DNA of 64,000 bases. Source: Setoptus koraiensis (lineage: Eukaryota > Animalia > Arthropoda). Positions 37,001 through 51,073 of the stretch are shown here, piece by piece (position 1 is the stretch's first letter; every line of letters starts with the position of its first letter). Both the position numbers and the translations under genes were made by a program. The stretch spans positions 10,416,001 to 10,480,000 of the forward strand of contig CM106585.1 in NCBI GenBank assembly GCA_048013815.1. The letters run 5' to 3'. Under the pieces are notes generated by a model. It did not search any database. It worked only from the letters and a program-made list of their open reading frames with translations, and had not been told where the DNA came from.

Positions 37001-38893
37001 TTGTGTTGTTACGTAACACAGCGAGCGAGCGAGAGAAAGAGAGAGAGGAAAACGTGTAATAGCCGTTATTATGTAGGCCGCCTAACTAACATTTTTAACT
37101 CGCTCTCCAGTGTTTAACTCCAATCCAATTGAGCGGCCTATAAAGGGCCGCTGGCTTGCACGCCAGTTAGTTTGCATAATGTGTTCGCTGCTCATTATAG
37201 GCACACACACACACACGATAATTGATGTGGGCCCCTCTCTCTCTCTATATATATATATATACATATATAACTGTGCACAACCGTTATTATAGTCGTTGCA
37301 CAGCATTGTGTCTATAGTTACAGTGGTTGCTGTCGTTGTTGCTGTTATCCATTATATAGTTGATGATGTAGGTGCAAATAAACACAAACACAGAAAGAGT
37401 TGCACGTGCTGTTGTTGTTGTTGTGCACGCGCAACTCTTTTGACACTTGCCTGTGCGGTGCAGTCAGCTGATTTAGAACAACAACAACAACAACAAATGA
37501 CAGTGTTCGATTGGCACTGACGGAGCGGCGCCAACGAGGGCGCCCATCGAGGGGAAACAGTCGACAACTAACAAGGCTGCCCATTAATTTATTCTTCGTT
37601 GCCGCCCCCCTTTGGGCACTATAATAACGTGTCAGGAGACTATATAACGTTTCTCAGTAGTATAGTATGATATGTAGATCACTTATAAAATGGCAGCCAA
37701 TAGTTTATGACAGTTGTTTATATACAGTGGCGCCACTGGCGCCCTCTGTGCGCTTTTGACAAGCTGATCAGCTGATCCGCTGAGGCGGCTGTCAAAGAAA
37801 TGTCAGAATGACCGTTGCCTGTGCTGCTGCTGCTGTTGCTGCGTGGTGGCCGCAAGTGAATGTGGCGCCATCTGTGTGTGCTATACATGGCTCACACAAG
37901 CCAATTGTCAAACAAGCGAAAAAACATGACACACAACAGCTGACCGTCGATTGATAATTATGAGGGTGGTCATTGTCGTAGTGGCGCCAGCAAACAAGTC
38001 AGTGTCGTCTTGTCTTGTTAGCTAAGGTTGCTGCTGGTGCCGGCGAACGCTGAGTTACGCAACACCGACACCGACACAACAACAACCGACAGACTGACTG
38101 ATAAAGATGTCGAGAGGCCCTTGTTGTGGCTGCTGTCGCCCTTATCGAATCGGCTCACACAGCAGCCAGCGGAAACACGTCCAGTGTCAGTGGCCCCGTT
38201 TCCGGTGCCCCAAGCAAAGTGAGTCAGCGTGTTGTCAGCGAGGGAACGGCTCGATTTAAACAAAATGTAGCACACGCCGCTAAACATCAATTGTAATTAT
38301 GGCTGGCTCCAGTTCTGTTGGCTGGCTCCAGTTTTGCTGGCTGCTGGCCGCCAGTTCAAGTGGGGCCGGCCCAATGACAGCCGATTGATAAGACGATCAT
38401 TTGATATATAGGCTTGATAAGCGATTTGTGTTGTGTGTGTGTGTGTGTGTGAAAACTGGCAAAACTATGAAAAATCGCGCTCGTGCATAGCGGCCGCGCT
38501 GAACCCAAATCACCCAAAGCGCCCAAATCACCCAAAGCGCCCAAATCGGCCAAATCCCGATTTCGGCGGGCCAATTTCATGTTTTTTTATTCACATGGCT
38601 GTGAATGCGCGCAGGCGAGAATTGAAAGATCTTTGGCATCTCGAACGAGCCAATTCGATCTGCAATATATGAGTGGCGTTCGATTGAGATGTTGGTAATA
38701 ATGTTGGCGTAATTAAGTTTAGCAACAACTGCCCGCTTGCAATCACATCCACCCATCGACAGCGCTCAAAAGCTCGCTCATAAAAAAGTTTCAAGTCTCG
38801 TCACAACAATCCTGGCCAGACTGGCGCCGATTTTCTGTCGCCCTGTGATATATGTGCGCGTGTATAAATCACCTAGATCCATTGAGCGATGAG

Positions 38894-38945
38894 TTTGTCC
38901 AACAATTTTGTCCAACAATTTTGTCTAACAATTTTGTCTAACAAA
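38894..38945. repeat. 13-bp tandem repeat TTTGTC(C/T)AACAAT x4
   Basis: Units at 38894, 38907, 38920 and 38933. Confidence 0.9.
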
Positions 38946-39715
38946 GAGACGGCTTCGGCTGGCCAGTGAATCATGTATGATATAATTAGTGTCGACTTAT
39001 TATTACACACACATCGGGCGGGCGCTATCATTTGCTGGTGATCGCTGGCGGGGCGAGTGTGAGCTTTCTCTTTTTTAAGTCGTCAGTGGCTTCCTTTTTT
39101 AGTGGGCCCTGGTAGCAGTAGTTTTGGGTCGGCTCTCGATTCGGTCTCGCAATCTTTGGCCGCTTTTATGATGACTATTACCAGTTACGCGACAACAACA
39201 ACAACAACAACAACAACAATTGAACATTGGCCAACCGGCAGCATTGCCCGCTGGTGCACATGTATAAATGGGCGACATTTTTTAGCTTAATCACAGCAAA
39301 CATGGGCCCGCAGCGGCCGACTTTGGCGCACGCCAGGCGCCTCCTTTCGGGCATTTCGGCCAGGGCAGGGCAAGAGTGGGCCGAGAGCGAGAGACAGAGA
39401 GCGAGAGAGAGAGAGAGAGCAAGCAAAAGAAGTAAGTAAATGCGAGCGGCGATTTGCGACAAGAAGAAAGAGCGAGAGAGCAAAAAACCATTAATTCTTT
39501 GCTTCTTTTAGTTGGCTCAACTCGGACGCTCATCGGCGCAACATCAACGCGCGCCCAATGTGGGCCCCGTTGGCCAGTGGCGCCTTCTATTCATGAGTTA
39601 ACTGAGTTGGCTGCTGGCCCCATTGGCCAGTTGTGATTGCGCTGATGATGGCGCTGATGGCGCCGATGACGCCAATGAAGCCAATGAAGCCAATGAAGCC
39701 AACGCAGCCAACACA

Positions 39716-39747
<32 letters not shown>

Positions 39748-42700
39748 TGACGCCGATGACGCTGATGACGCTGATGACGCAACCAACAAAGTCAAAAAGT
39801 TAGTTAGAGCCACGTTACGTAACCATCGCACACGTTGACTTTGCAGCGGCGCCAGCGGCAGCTTCTTGATCGGGCTTTCGGTGTGTTAGTGTTGTGAGAA
39901 TGGCTAAAAGCGCCCCACAATCGGCCCAATGAGCATTCAATTCATACCAGCGACCAACGGCAACAAAACGCTGGTCAGTGGTCGGGCCAAAAAATTGTTG
40001 TTGGCCATCGGTCAGCTATTGGCCATTGGCCGTTGGCTGCCTCTGTCGTTGAATGGGCAGGCTCCTGCTGAAACAGTGACGGCGCACGCAACTAACGGTA
40101 CAATGATCAGGAATAGAAAAGATATCGATCAATTTAATGATTGAAACGATGATTATTGGCGCGCCACTATTGACCATCACTGGCCACCATGGGCGCCCCA
40201 CATGGCGACTTGTGTGTGTGTGTGTGTGTGTATCACGGCAACTTGGTGTAACCACCGCAACCGCCACTCAACTGCCACTGACTTGGCCGCCATTGGCGCC
40301 GCTAGCTCACCTGGTGGCGCGAAATCGCAGCAAAATCACACCGGGCCACACTTGGGGCCCCACACACACAAACAGTGAGATAAAAGTGGCACAACAAGTC
40401 GTAAGTAACGCACAGAATAGTGCGCAGGGCGTCAGTATGTAGGCCGAGCATGAGTGATTAGGCCCACAATCAATGTTGATTGGTTTAATTGAGCTTGGCC
40501 CGCTTGATCGATCACTCAGCTAATGGCTCCTCCTTGGGCCCACTAGCCCAATTTTGCCACTAGCCGGCCAGGCCCTGGCCAGTGTGAGGCCCCTGTCAAG
40601 TGGTTTGTTTTTTGGGCGCACGAGACGAAATTCGAGACGGGCTCACTTTTGACTCGATACTCAACATAGCTCATATATATATTTTATAAGATGTAAGATA
40701 TATTTTATATCTGGCCCTTTCATATCGCGCTTGGGCTCCAAATTGCGCCACCGACAATTTGGGGGCTAATTCTTGGGCTGGCTTGTTCAACTAGCGGCGG
40801 CGGCCATTCGAGCGGCTTGCCAATCCAAATGGCTTTCCAAATGCGTGCAAATGAAATGGGCCAAATGGGCCCAGTTGGCCAGTTCGTGGGCCAACTTGCC
40901 AACGAACAACAGTCATCATGGTGTCATTGTTGCTTCGTCGATGACGATTATTCTCTCGGCTGCTGCTGCCGCTGTTGTTGTTGTCGTCGTGTTTGATTGC
41001 GTCTCTGGCCAACAAAGGCCACTTATCGAGAAGCCAGAGCCAGTGCCGTTGATCAAGTAAAAACATACACGATGAATTTCTCGCCGCCGGCCACTGGTTT
41101 CAGTGAGGAGCGACCACTGGGCCCGCTTGCAACAAAAGAAACCAGATTCAATCATTTGAATCGGATCGGATCGACTTGGATCCGATTCTATCCGCGAGTC
41201 GATCGGATCCGATGCACTCGCAAGCGGTCTCGCGAATGCCGTTTGCTCGTTCGGCCGCCAAAAAGAAAGAAACTGGGCCCCCGGCTCGACTGGTGGCATT
41301 TCTCTATAGTGTTGTTGTTGTTGTTAAAACTGCTGATTAAATACTTTGCCTTTCACTTTGCCCTTCACTTTGCTGCCCGCACACAGCCCGGCCATCAGAC
41401 TGTGATGATCAGAGCGAGGTCCGAGCGAAATCACATTGGCGCTCGCGTGTCGCTATGGCCCCAGAAAAGGGGCCCGGTCCTCGGGTCTTGCCGTGTGCCT
41501 CAATGGACATGATAATCAAGCTAATCAAACAAACTCAATTTGGGCCGCCCGCCCGCCAAATGGGCTAAATGGCCATTGACTCAATGGCATTGAGTCCTCT
41601 CCATCAGACTGCATGTAAAATGTATGTGGGTTTAATGTGGGCAGTGCTTGCAAACGAAGTGAAATTCAGATCCGCCTAATGGCGACCACGAGATGCGACT
41701 GAGAGATGATAAAATGGCCATTCGCCTATTTATTTGTTGTTACATACATAATCAAATGACCAAATCAAATCGTATATCGACACCGTTGTGCGCTATGTGC
41801 GCCTGTTTCCTTCGAGAGCAAGTTTCTGGTTTTGGGGGATCGCCCCTCGGCTCGAATTGCAATTGCAGCTATGCGAACGGGCAGTTACAACAACTGAGAC
41901 TCGAGCTCACACGAGACCCTCGACTGGCGCAAAAAAATATCCAGTGCGTGCGTCTCTAGAAAGTAGCAAGGAGTGTGGATATAAGAGTTGGGGGCACAAA
42001 CAAACAAACAAACAAACAAACAAGTGGTCGCATTAATGATGGCCAATCTTCACTAATGATTCGGCCGGATCAGCAAGTACAACATGGCAACATGGCACAG
42101 CGAGAGAAAACAAACTCACTAAATACTCGCCGTTGCAACTATCAATATTCATGATGATCTTTTTTCCTTTCTCTTCTTTTTATCTCATTGGCTCTGATCA
42201 CGCCGTTTTATCATTTCGACCGCTGCCCATCCCCCCCTTTATATTTCTCATGAAAACACAAACAGCCGCGCACCCGAACCGCCGAGCGCCCGAACGGCCC
42301 GCGAGCCGAACGGGCGAACGCGCAAACAGCACGGGCTAGATCGAGGCCCAGATTAGAGCGCCACCGTGTCATGTTCGGGGCGCCTTAGTTAGCGAGTCGC
42401 AGGCAAGTTATTAGTGGGAGAGGCGCGCTGGTTATTACACGTTATTAGACGCACGTCATTAGAGCCGGCCGGGCCATATCTCGGGGGCCGCGAGATATGG
42501 CCCGCATCTCGGGCTGGCCGAGGTGCCGACGCGATCAATTGCGGCGGCCCCGTTTCGCCGCCGCATTGATCATCCGACGCCGAATGAATGATGGCCGAAA
42601 AATTTAAATCTGCCCAGCGGCGCAATTATTCCAATTTGGCTGTCGCGTTCTCTCTCGTTTTGTCTCACTAGTTTGCTCTTGTGGCGCCCCATCCCCCCCC

Positions 42701-44416
42701 CGGTACCTATAAGCCCTGCGCAGCAACTGTCAGCGTGGCATCGGTAATGCTGGTTTGATTTTTGCCTCTGCGAGCCAAAATGACGTCGGCTGGTTTTGTT
42801 GGTGCTGGGCCCCAAAGCGTGGCCAGCATCGGGCCCAGCTGGGCCAGCGCCCAGAAGACGACGAAAAAATGACCATAATCGGCGGATTGGTGGCCACTCG
42901 CGAACCGATTCGCGGCCATGGCGCCAAATTAGTATTGGCCGACACCAAATTGGCCCCGTTGGCCGCTCCTCGTCGATGCTGGCCGCTCGCCGGCCACGAG
43001 CGCCTCCGAACTTCGCAGTCCGAAGGGGCCGCACGCGCACCACGTGCAAAACTCATTCGCCGCATTAATTGTATTAATTTCGGCCATTATACCGGGCACC
43101 GAGATGATTGTTAGTTATCTGTTTGTCGCTAGCCGGCGACAGAGAGAGGGAGAGCGAGAGAGAGAGAGCGGCCAACAGACAGATTCGCCACTGTGCGGCC
43201 TGAAATCGATCGATGCGAGGCCCAGAGTTGGGGCCGGTTTCGGCGCCAGCGGCCGCTAAAACAAAATTGCTTTTGTTTGTCTCTCGCAAGTTGTCAGCTG
43301 ATTGTCTTGCATGATGAGGCCAAGGTGCCGGCGCTTGTTATATCCAGCGTTCCAGTTATATCAATATCGGCCGTTATCGTATCATCGTTATTGCCAATTG
43401 CCCGGCACGTTGTGTGACACGACAGTGAGGCCAGTTTAATTGAGGCTCCTCTCGTCGTGTGGCCCCGTGACTCAATGCCGGCGGCCCAAGTGGCCGAAGC
43501 GCCAATCTCATGCATACCGGGCAACGATGCTCGCAAAAAAACAAAATGGCTGAAACAGCCAAGAATAAAGGTAGGCGTAGGTGGCGGCACCAAGTGACAA
43601 TAGTGGCACTGAAACGGCAAAGCCGCCACTCAGTGCGCTTTTTCCTCGGTGGGCGCCCGCTTTTTTCATCAGTGTGCGCCTCACATTAGCGGCGGCGGCG
43701 CCGGCGATCATTGAATTGGATAATATCATCATTATTGCGTCATCATATTTTGCGCAATGCTTCATCATGCAATTTGTGGCCGGTGCTTTGTTTTGTGTGG
43801 GTGTTTTGTTGGCTCGCGCTTGTTATTGCCGCTCGCGCCGGTAGGTGTACTGGCGGCGCGCCGCACCAGCTGACCGGACGAAATGATATCGTTATAATAA
43901 TAACGCGCCGGGCAGACAGCAAAAAAAGAATTATCACCGATGCTGGCTCGAGTGGGCGCTTCTCTCGAAACAAAAAAATATCGTCTTGTTGTCGCCACTG
44001 TCGCTGTTGTTGTTGTCGCCACTGCTGCTGTTGTTGCTGTTGTTGTCGCTGTGACACTCCTGTTGGCGCACAATATTATTGTCGTAATAACAATAATAAT
44101 CATAATGGGCCTATATATAACAACTAGCCGTTATTGGCTTATTGGCCGTAGATTGGACCGACGCAATTGGCCAATAAGAGCAGCAGCCGGCAGCTCCCAG
44201 AACAAGTCAGCCGAAGGAGTAATGACTATGACGAATTTCATTATGATCTGTCTGGCTGGCGCGATATTGTTAGTATATCGTTGCTGGGGCCCCGCGATTA
44301 TAATCACTGCTGCCGCTACTCATAGTTAGCTGGTCATCGCTACAAATCATCATATAGGGCGCGCCGGGTTGAGTCGCATCAATTATTTCGCTCGGCATCA
44401 CCATGCCTCCATACAC

Positions 44417-44520
44417 CTGACACTCCCAGGCTGACACTCCCAGGCTGAGGCTCCCTGGCTGAGGCTCCCAGGCTGAGGCTCCCTGGCTGAGGCTCCCTGG
44501 CTGGGACTCTCAGGCTGAGA
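44417..44520. repeat. 14-bp minisatellite CTGA(CA/GG)CTCCC(A/T)GG, about 7 copies
   Basis: Units at 44417, 44431, 44445, 44459, 44473, 44487 and 44501. Confidence 0.9.
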
Positions 44521-47500
44521 GGCGCGCATTGGGGGCGCATTTTGGCCCTCCGAGCCTCACAGTGTGAGGCGCACTGAGCCGCCGGCGCCGACTTTGCTCA
44601 GGTGCTCGGCCAGCGAAAAGTGCAATGATCAAATGAGCTATATAGTCTTAATTTGAGCTAATCTCCTCTCTACTCAACGCTATTAGCCGCTAACTCGACT
44701 CTCTTGGCCGTATGTATTCGCAGCAGCAGATCTATCATTATTAATATGGGGCCGGCATATCGCACCGCGCCCAGCCAACTTGTTAGGCAACTGGCCAGTG
44801 CTGGCAATAGATAAGGACGACGGCGACGATTCATCGATCTTGATTAATGAGTTTCAACCTTTTTGCGCCCATTTCTTGCCATTTCTTGCCATTTCTTGCC
44901 ATTTCTCGCCATTTCTCGCCATGGCGTATGCCTAGCAATGGCGCTTGCCGACGGATAAGTCAACAGCCAGTTTGTACAACTGGACAGCGCCACCTACAGC
45001 CAAGTGGGCCGAAACAGAGCAGCGAGGCAAAAGTCAACAAACAAGCGCAGTTGCGCAATCAAAGTTGCGACAAACCTAATGATGCCGCCGCGCCCCATCG
45101 ACCTGGCCGAAGTGGGCCCTCCACTGGCCGAAATGGGGCCCCCACTACACACACTCGTTTGTTGGACAGGCTCTAATTGAGACTCTGGCGAATTTATTTC
45201 ATTTATTTTGTGCGTGTCAGCTGGTTACGTAATAGGCGTGGTAGGTGTGTTGTCGTCGATGGCGGCCCCGATCGAGCATCATTAGGCGGGCGGTCAAGTT
45301 GGCGCCAAATTCAAAGCACAATTGGACCTGGCCGAAGCGGGCCCCGCACAGAGGTGTGATAAAAACGCCAGCGCCACTATAACTGGCGTTGATTTAATAT
45401 GGTTTGTTTGTTTGTTTGTGAGTTTGGCCGTTTGTTTGTTTGTTTATTGTTGTCGTTGTGTTGAGCATTGTGAGCAATACAACAACTGGCAACAACTGGC
45501 AACAACTGGCAACAACGAGTGCCTAGGTGAATCATCATTGGGGCGCCACTGATGGCCAACACTGTAATTAGATGTGGAACGGGCGGGCAAGCCAGCGAAC
45601 GTGCTAATCGTTTTGGGCCGGCGCAAGCGTTGTTTGCTCAGCCAGCGCCAAATGGATACTTGATATATAGAGTTTGTGTGTTTTAATTCATGTCATGATT
45701 ACGTCGCCGTCGCCGTCGCCGTCGTCGTCGTGATTCGCGAAAGCTTTATCGCCTCGCGAGAGAATTAATTCTGTGCCGCCAGTTTGCTGGCTTGTTTGCT
45801 CGTCGATATTTTGCCACTTGCTTCGGAAGTAGCTTAACAAGCCCTGGGTGTTGCGCGAGCCAGTGGCCGGCCGATTGTGTGGCGCTGGTGTCCACTTGTA
45901 ACTCAAGATGCGCCCCCTGCAACAAACTGGCCGCTTATCTAACCAACTCTGGCCGGTTAACTAACAAACGGGCCAACAGTGACAGCAGAAACAGAGATTA
46001 GCCGGGGGAGCTTTAGTCGGCCGGCCGAGAGTTATAAGACGACGACGCGCGCAAGAGTAATTATAGTTTTGAATCGTCGACGGGCATCTAGCGCCATTAG
46101 CGACTCGTGTGTTTCCGTTCCGCGCGCCACTATCTGTCTGGCAATATATTGATGGCGCTGACTATTTGATTATGGCGCCCGCCGCTAGATGCCCAAAGCA
46201 CGCACCTAGCAGCCAGTGGGAAAACCAACTAAAGATTGCCAATTGCCCATTGCTCGCATCGGCCAGATTCTAGAGGCCAGATTCTAGAGGCCAGATTCTA
46301 GAGGCCAGAGGCATCACTGAATTGTCTCGCGCGTTCGAGGCCGACATGAAGCGGCCTGCAATGAGACGGAATAATGATAATGATAATAACGACGCCACGA
46401 TGAGAGTTTAATGTTAGTTAGTGTGGTCGATGGTGGCAACAGCAGTGGCGTTTATTACTTAACGGTCAGGCGGCGCGCGATAATGCAGGCCAACTTATCG
46501 GTTTGTTTTGGGGCGCCAATGGGCCCCAATTGTGGGGGCCGCGGCGCGACAACGAGCACAGAAACGAGAGAGCAAAAAAGAGAAAGGAAAAAAAAACGAC
46601 GCCAGCCCGACCGAGTGCACGAGGAGGTAATTTAAGTCCACTTCAATTGCGCGTGTCCACTTCCTCTGGCTGGGGCCCACTTGGCGGGCCCGATATGCGC
46701 CACATCTCGTGCTACATCCGATATCCAGCGGATCGCTTATCATCGTCACTTATCGCACCAGAGCAATTAAGTGGGCCCCTAGGCCAGCCAGACCGGCCCG
46801 GCCCGGCCCTGCTAATGAGCCGCTGATTGGCCAGTTTGATACATGCGTGATGCGTTGCCGAGCGGAACCCGCCGACGAATGCTGTGCGCGCGATATGAAC
46901 GTGTGTGAATAACGACGTGACATAACGTCTCAGACGTTATGTCTGGCGTGTCGATGTGTGAAATATCTGCCACACACTATATCCGCCATGCAATATATCC
47001 GCCATGCAATATTCGCATGACGCGTGGATATTCACGATATGGCGACTTGTTTGCGGATAATGACAATGATGGACTAATTAGCTGCAGCCAGCAATCTTTG
47101 GCCGGCTGGCTCATTCTGCGCCACTGCGCACAACTAATCATCACGGCGGCAAGTATTCATGTGCCGCATTACGGGACCGGCCAGTGGCTTGAGCCTCGAG
47201 CTGGGGCCGAGTTACGTCACAATGGCCAGCGATCGGCGAGAAATTTAATTTTGTTTGTTGGCCGGCCGGTGACAGAGTGACAGTCGGGCACAATCGCTTC
47301 TAATGACACACACACCGTTATTTGTTTGTCTGGCAAAGCGTCGCATATTGGCCGACAGAGATGAGGAGATATTTGGTGGTGGCGACTGGCGGACATTAAC
47401 AACAACGCCAACAGTATGCGCGAACAGTGGCACTCGTCTTATATTACATCATCGTCATATTAAAACAAACAACATTTTACATGGGCGACTTTTGCTGGTC

Positions 47501-50500
47501 GCTGGCGCCCCCTTCCAAAGGCATCGTTGCGCTTCATTTGACACACTCTGTCTCTAGTTTCTTTTTTCCTTTTTTGCCCGTTATGTCGCCTCTTTAGCCT
47601 CATCTGGGCTCTTTGTTTTTGTGTCGCGTTCGTTTGATTTCTTTTGTACAAATACGCCACTTCGTTCGCTTATATATTCGCCCGTCGTCTGAATAATAAT
47701 AATGCACACTGGTCATCTCGCCGGTGGCATTATTACAAGGCAATATTGGCGACGACATTGAGTGACTATCTGGCCATGAACAAATGAATTCATTATCGCC
47801 ACGATACGCGGCCCCAACTATCCCCTGGCGGCAAACCGGTCCGCCCATTTTGGGGCCCCCAGCGCACCGCTGCTGCCACCTGGCGCAATTTGCGCCACTT
47901 ATTGACATTACAAGTATGTGAGGGCCAATCATGGGGATAATAAACGGTGCGCGAGCGCCATCTGTCGCCCGTTCCCCGCCAGTTAAATTCCCTTTCGCCT
48001 GTGCGAAACAATATTGGGTGGCAATTTTACAAGAGTGGCTACTCTTGTAAAATTCACTTGTCGTCGACAATGCGACAATTTGTGTTGTTTGTCACGACGA
48101 CGACGACGACGACGACACTAAAATAAAATTTAAATACTGTTAACTATCGGACAGAGGCGCAGATATTGGCCAAATTCAAGAAGCAAAACGCCAATTTTAT
48201 TAACTCGAAGTGAACATTTTTGTCCGACTGGCCTGGCCAATAGTGAGCCGGCCGGAAAGCTGTTTGTTAGCTGGCGAGTGGTGGCGCTGACAGTTGAATT
48301 AATATCAGTGTCAGAGGATATTAGCAAATATAGGCCAGCGGGCCAGCCATTGGCGACAGTGGAGCGATAATAATGATATCGTGTTCGCATATCGGCGGCC
48401 AGTGATTTGCGTTTGAAAGTTTTGGTCGCTGGACGCGTTGCCAAAACTTGTCTATATGTGCATAAATAGAAGATGCGCAGACAAAAATAGACGCCGGCCA
48501 ACAGCGAAACATGGAAACAGCGAAATAGCAAAATAACAAAATAAAGAGGTGCTGCGAATTATGCAAATAACAAGCGAAAATGTGCAAAATGTCTCGTCCA
48601 GGCCGGCCGAGTTAAATTGAGAGCGAACGGGCCGAGTTTGTGATGTGAAATTGAGATAATGATTGGCGCCTCTCACTCGCGCGCTCGCCGGCGTCTATTT
48701 AAACGGATCAAACAACGCGAACCAAGTTGGCCCGCTCTATATTTGATGATAATAACAATAATAAAATCTATATAATGCGCGTGCCAGCGCACATGGCCCC
48801 ATAGCCGGCATAATAATAAGATGGATCGCCGATAATCGTCGCCAATCTCGCCCGCTGCATTGGAGTGGCGCGCAAGTTGGCGGCCGCGCGAACACGATAT
48901 GATTTTTACATATTATTTATCTTTTAAAATAACAGGCCCCGAGAAGCAAAATAATAACAACATTAGAGCGCGAGTGTGTTGCTGTCAGTTGATGCTGTCG
49001 CTGTTGTTGGCGTTGTTGTTGTCGGCGTTGTTGGCGTTGTTGTTGTCGGCGTTGTTGGCGTCGTTGTTGTCGGCCGACACAACGGCCCCCGTTCCGTTAT
49101 GCTTAGTGCGTGTGTGTGTGTGTGTGTGTGATGATGCAATTATACTATTCGCATACTGGCGGCGCCATGATGATGGTCGCTGTTCCATTCTAATAGGCAC
49201 ACAAAAAGATATTTAAAATAAAATTTCATTCCCAGTCGAGCTCGTCGAGCGCCACTGGGCCCCTGTGCTCGAAGCTGCCGACTGCCGACTGCCGACCGAC
49301 GGCCGGCCGGCCAGCGCCCCAACTCGAGAATAGAGAATGGAGAATCAATAAGAGTGTACGCATGGCTGCGCCAGATAAGTTTGTTGTGATAATCGCAATC
49401 ACGATCGGGCCATGATTATTTCTATCTGGCTCGGCATCAGTTGCGGATATTCGTTGTTATTATTACTGTTGTTGTTGTTGTTATTTTTACAACCACTGTC
49501 ATTACCACTGTTACTATTAGTATTGCTATTAGTATTACTGTTAGTTGTGTTGCAGCGCTGCCGAACCATGTTTATTCATATAGGTCGCGCGCGCGCGCGC
49601 TCACTTCCGGTTCAGTCGCGACTCGCGAGCCTAGCGCCATGTCTCTGGCGGCCTTTTGGCTGGCACGCGCTGCTTCCAGACAAATACACGGTGCTGGCAG
49701 AAATGAGCACAAAAAGGAGTAAATGAGTGGTAAATGCAAGCGCGCACATTTGCATATAGGTTGGCCCATTCGGGGTGCCGTTGCTCACAAGAAATGGAAT
49801 AATCATCATTCAGGTCATTAGTTTGGCTGCAGTTTAAAACTTTTTCTACTTATTCGTCTTTTTCTTATTCGTCGTCTCTCTCTCTCCATCTCCTCTGCTA
49901 GCGCGCGTCACTGTTCATGAGCTTACGTAATGCGCCAACGCCAACAAGTTTAAGTGTGTGTGTAATCCCGAGGTGGGGCCCGCCGCCCTTAAGCTGCCAC
50001 CCCCGCCCGATAGTGGCGCGTTGGCACAGCCATTATAGGCGCCTGTTGTTGTTCACGCCAGGCTACCGTTAGTTGTGTTGCTTGATATAGAGCCCTCGAG
50101 ATCATTACGTATTAGTTTTGTTTGGCTCGAAACTAATGCCTAATACAAATGTAATCAGGCTTGCGTCAACAACTGGCAAAAGCTGGAATAAACACACTCG
50201 CCGCACGCTGACAAGTGCATTAGGAGCCCACTATCGGGGCCCCGCACTGGCGCTGCATTGGCACGCCAGGGGAAAAAGCCATATATGTGTGAATGAAAAG
50301 ATAACTGTAAAATTTTGCCCATGTTAGTTATATACATTAGACAATAAATGTGTGTTATTTTTGAATATATCTAAATGTTGCCAAAAGCACCCAAAAAAGA
50401 AAAAGTAGAGTGCTCTAATTCTGTGTCTATTAGTGGACGCACGAATTGTTGTTACATCATCCGAAATCATGTAAAGTTTTATATCGAATTTGCACCACCG

Positions 50501-51036
50501 AAATGGGCGACACACAAAATGGGGCCAGCCGGCCCCAAAAGGGGGTCGGGCGGCGCATTTCGCACTAAGGCCATTAGTGACCAGCCCTGTTGGACAGGAG
50601 CGCAGATTGCAAGAAAGAGGGCGCAAGCGCCCATTGGAATGGCACGCTCATGTGCGCATTATTTTAGGCCAGTTAAGGGGCGCATTTTCGCAATTCTTAG
50701 AAGGAGGGGCCCCACGCACTTTGGCGTCGTTTTTTGGCTCGCTCGATAACTATTATCTCTCTACGCTGGGGACATTCGCACTAGTTTAGGCCTCAACCTT
50801 CAACGGGGCCTAGCGACTGGCGCTTGCCTAAAATAGGCCCAACCGGCAGTGGCCTAATTCGACCACTAGGCGACTTGTACACAATAAAAAAAATAAATTT
50901 CTGCCAAACAAATTATCGCACCAGCGACACATTAAGTCTTGCCAGTCGTCGGCGACAACAACAACGCATTAAGCGCCAACTGGCGAGCTGTCTGGCCGGC
51001 GTTTGTGTGCCGAGCAAATGTGGTGCATATTGTAGC

Positions 51037-51073
<37 letters not shown>

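Noticed and set aside
5229-40313. CAG|GTGAG words as splice donors or recursive-splicing points of a hidden gene
   Set aside because: They occur about equally on both strands and in inverted or tandem arrays, with no adjacent coding exons or polypyrimidine tracts.
39391-43170. GAGA tracts plus GCCAT words as a Polycomb response element
   Set aside because: Both words are ubiquitous in this window, and I cannot show clustering above background by eye.
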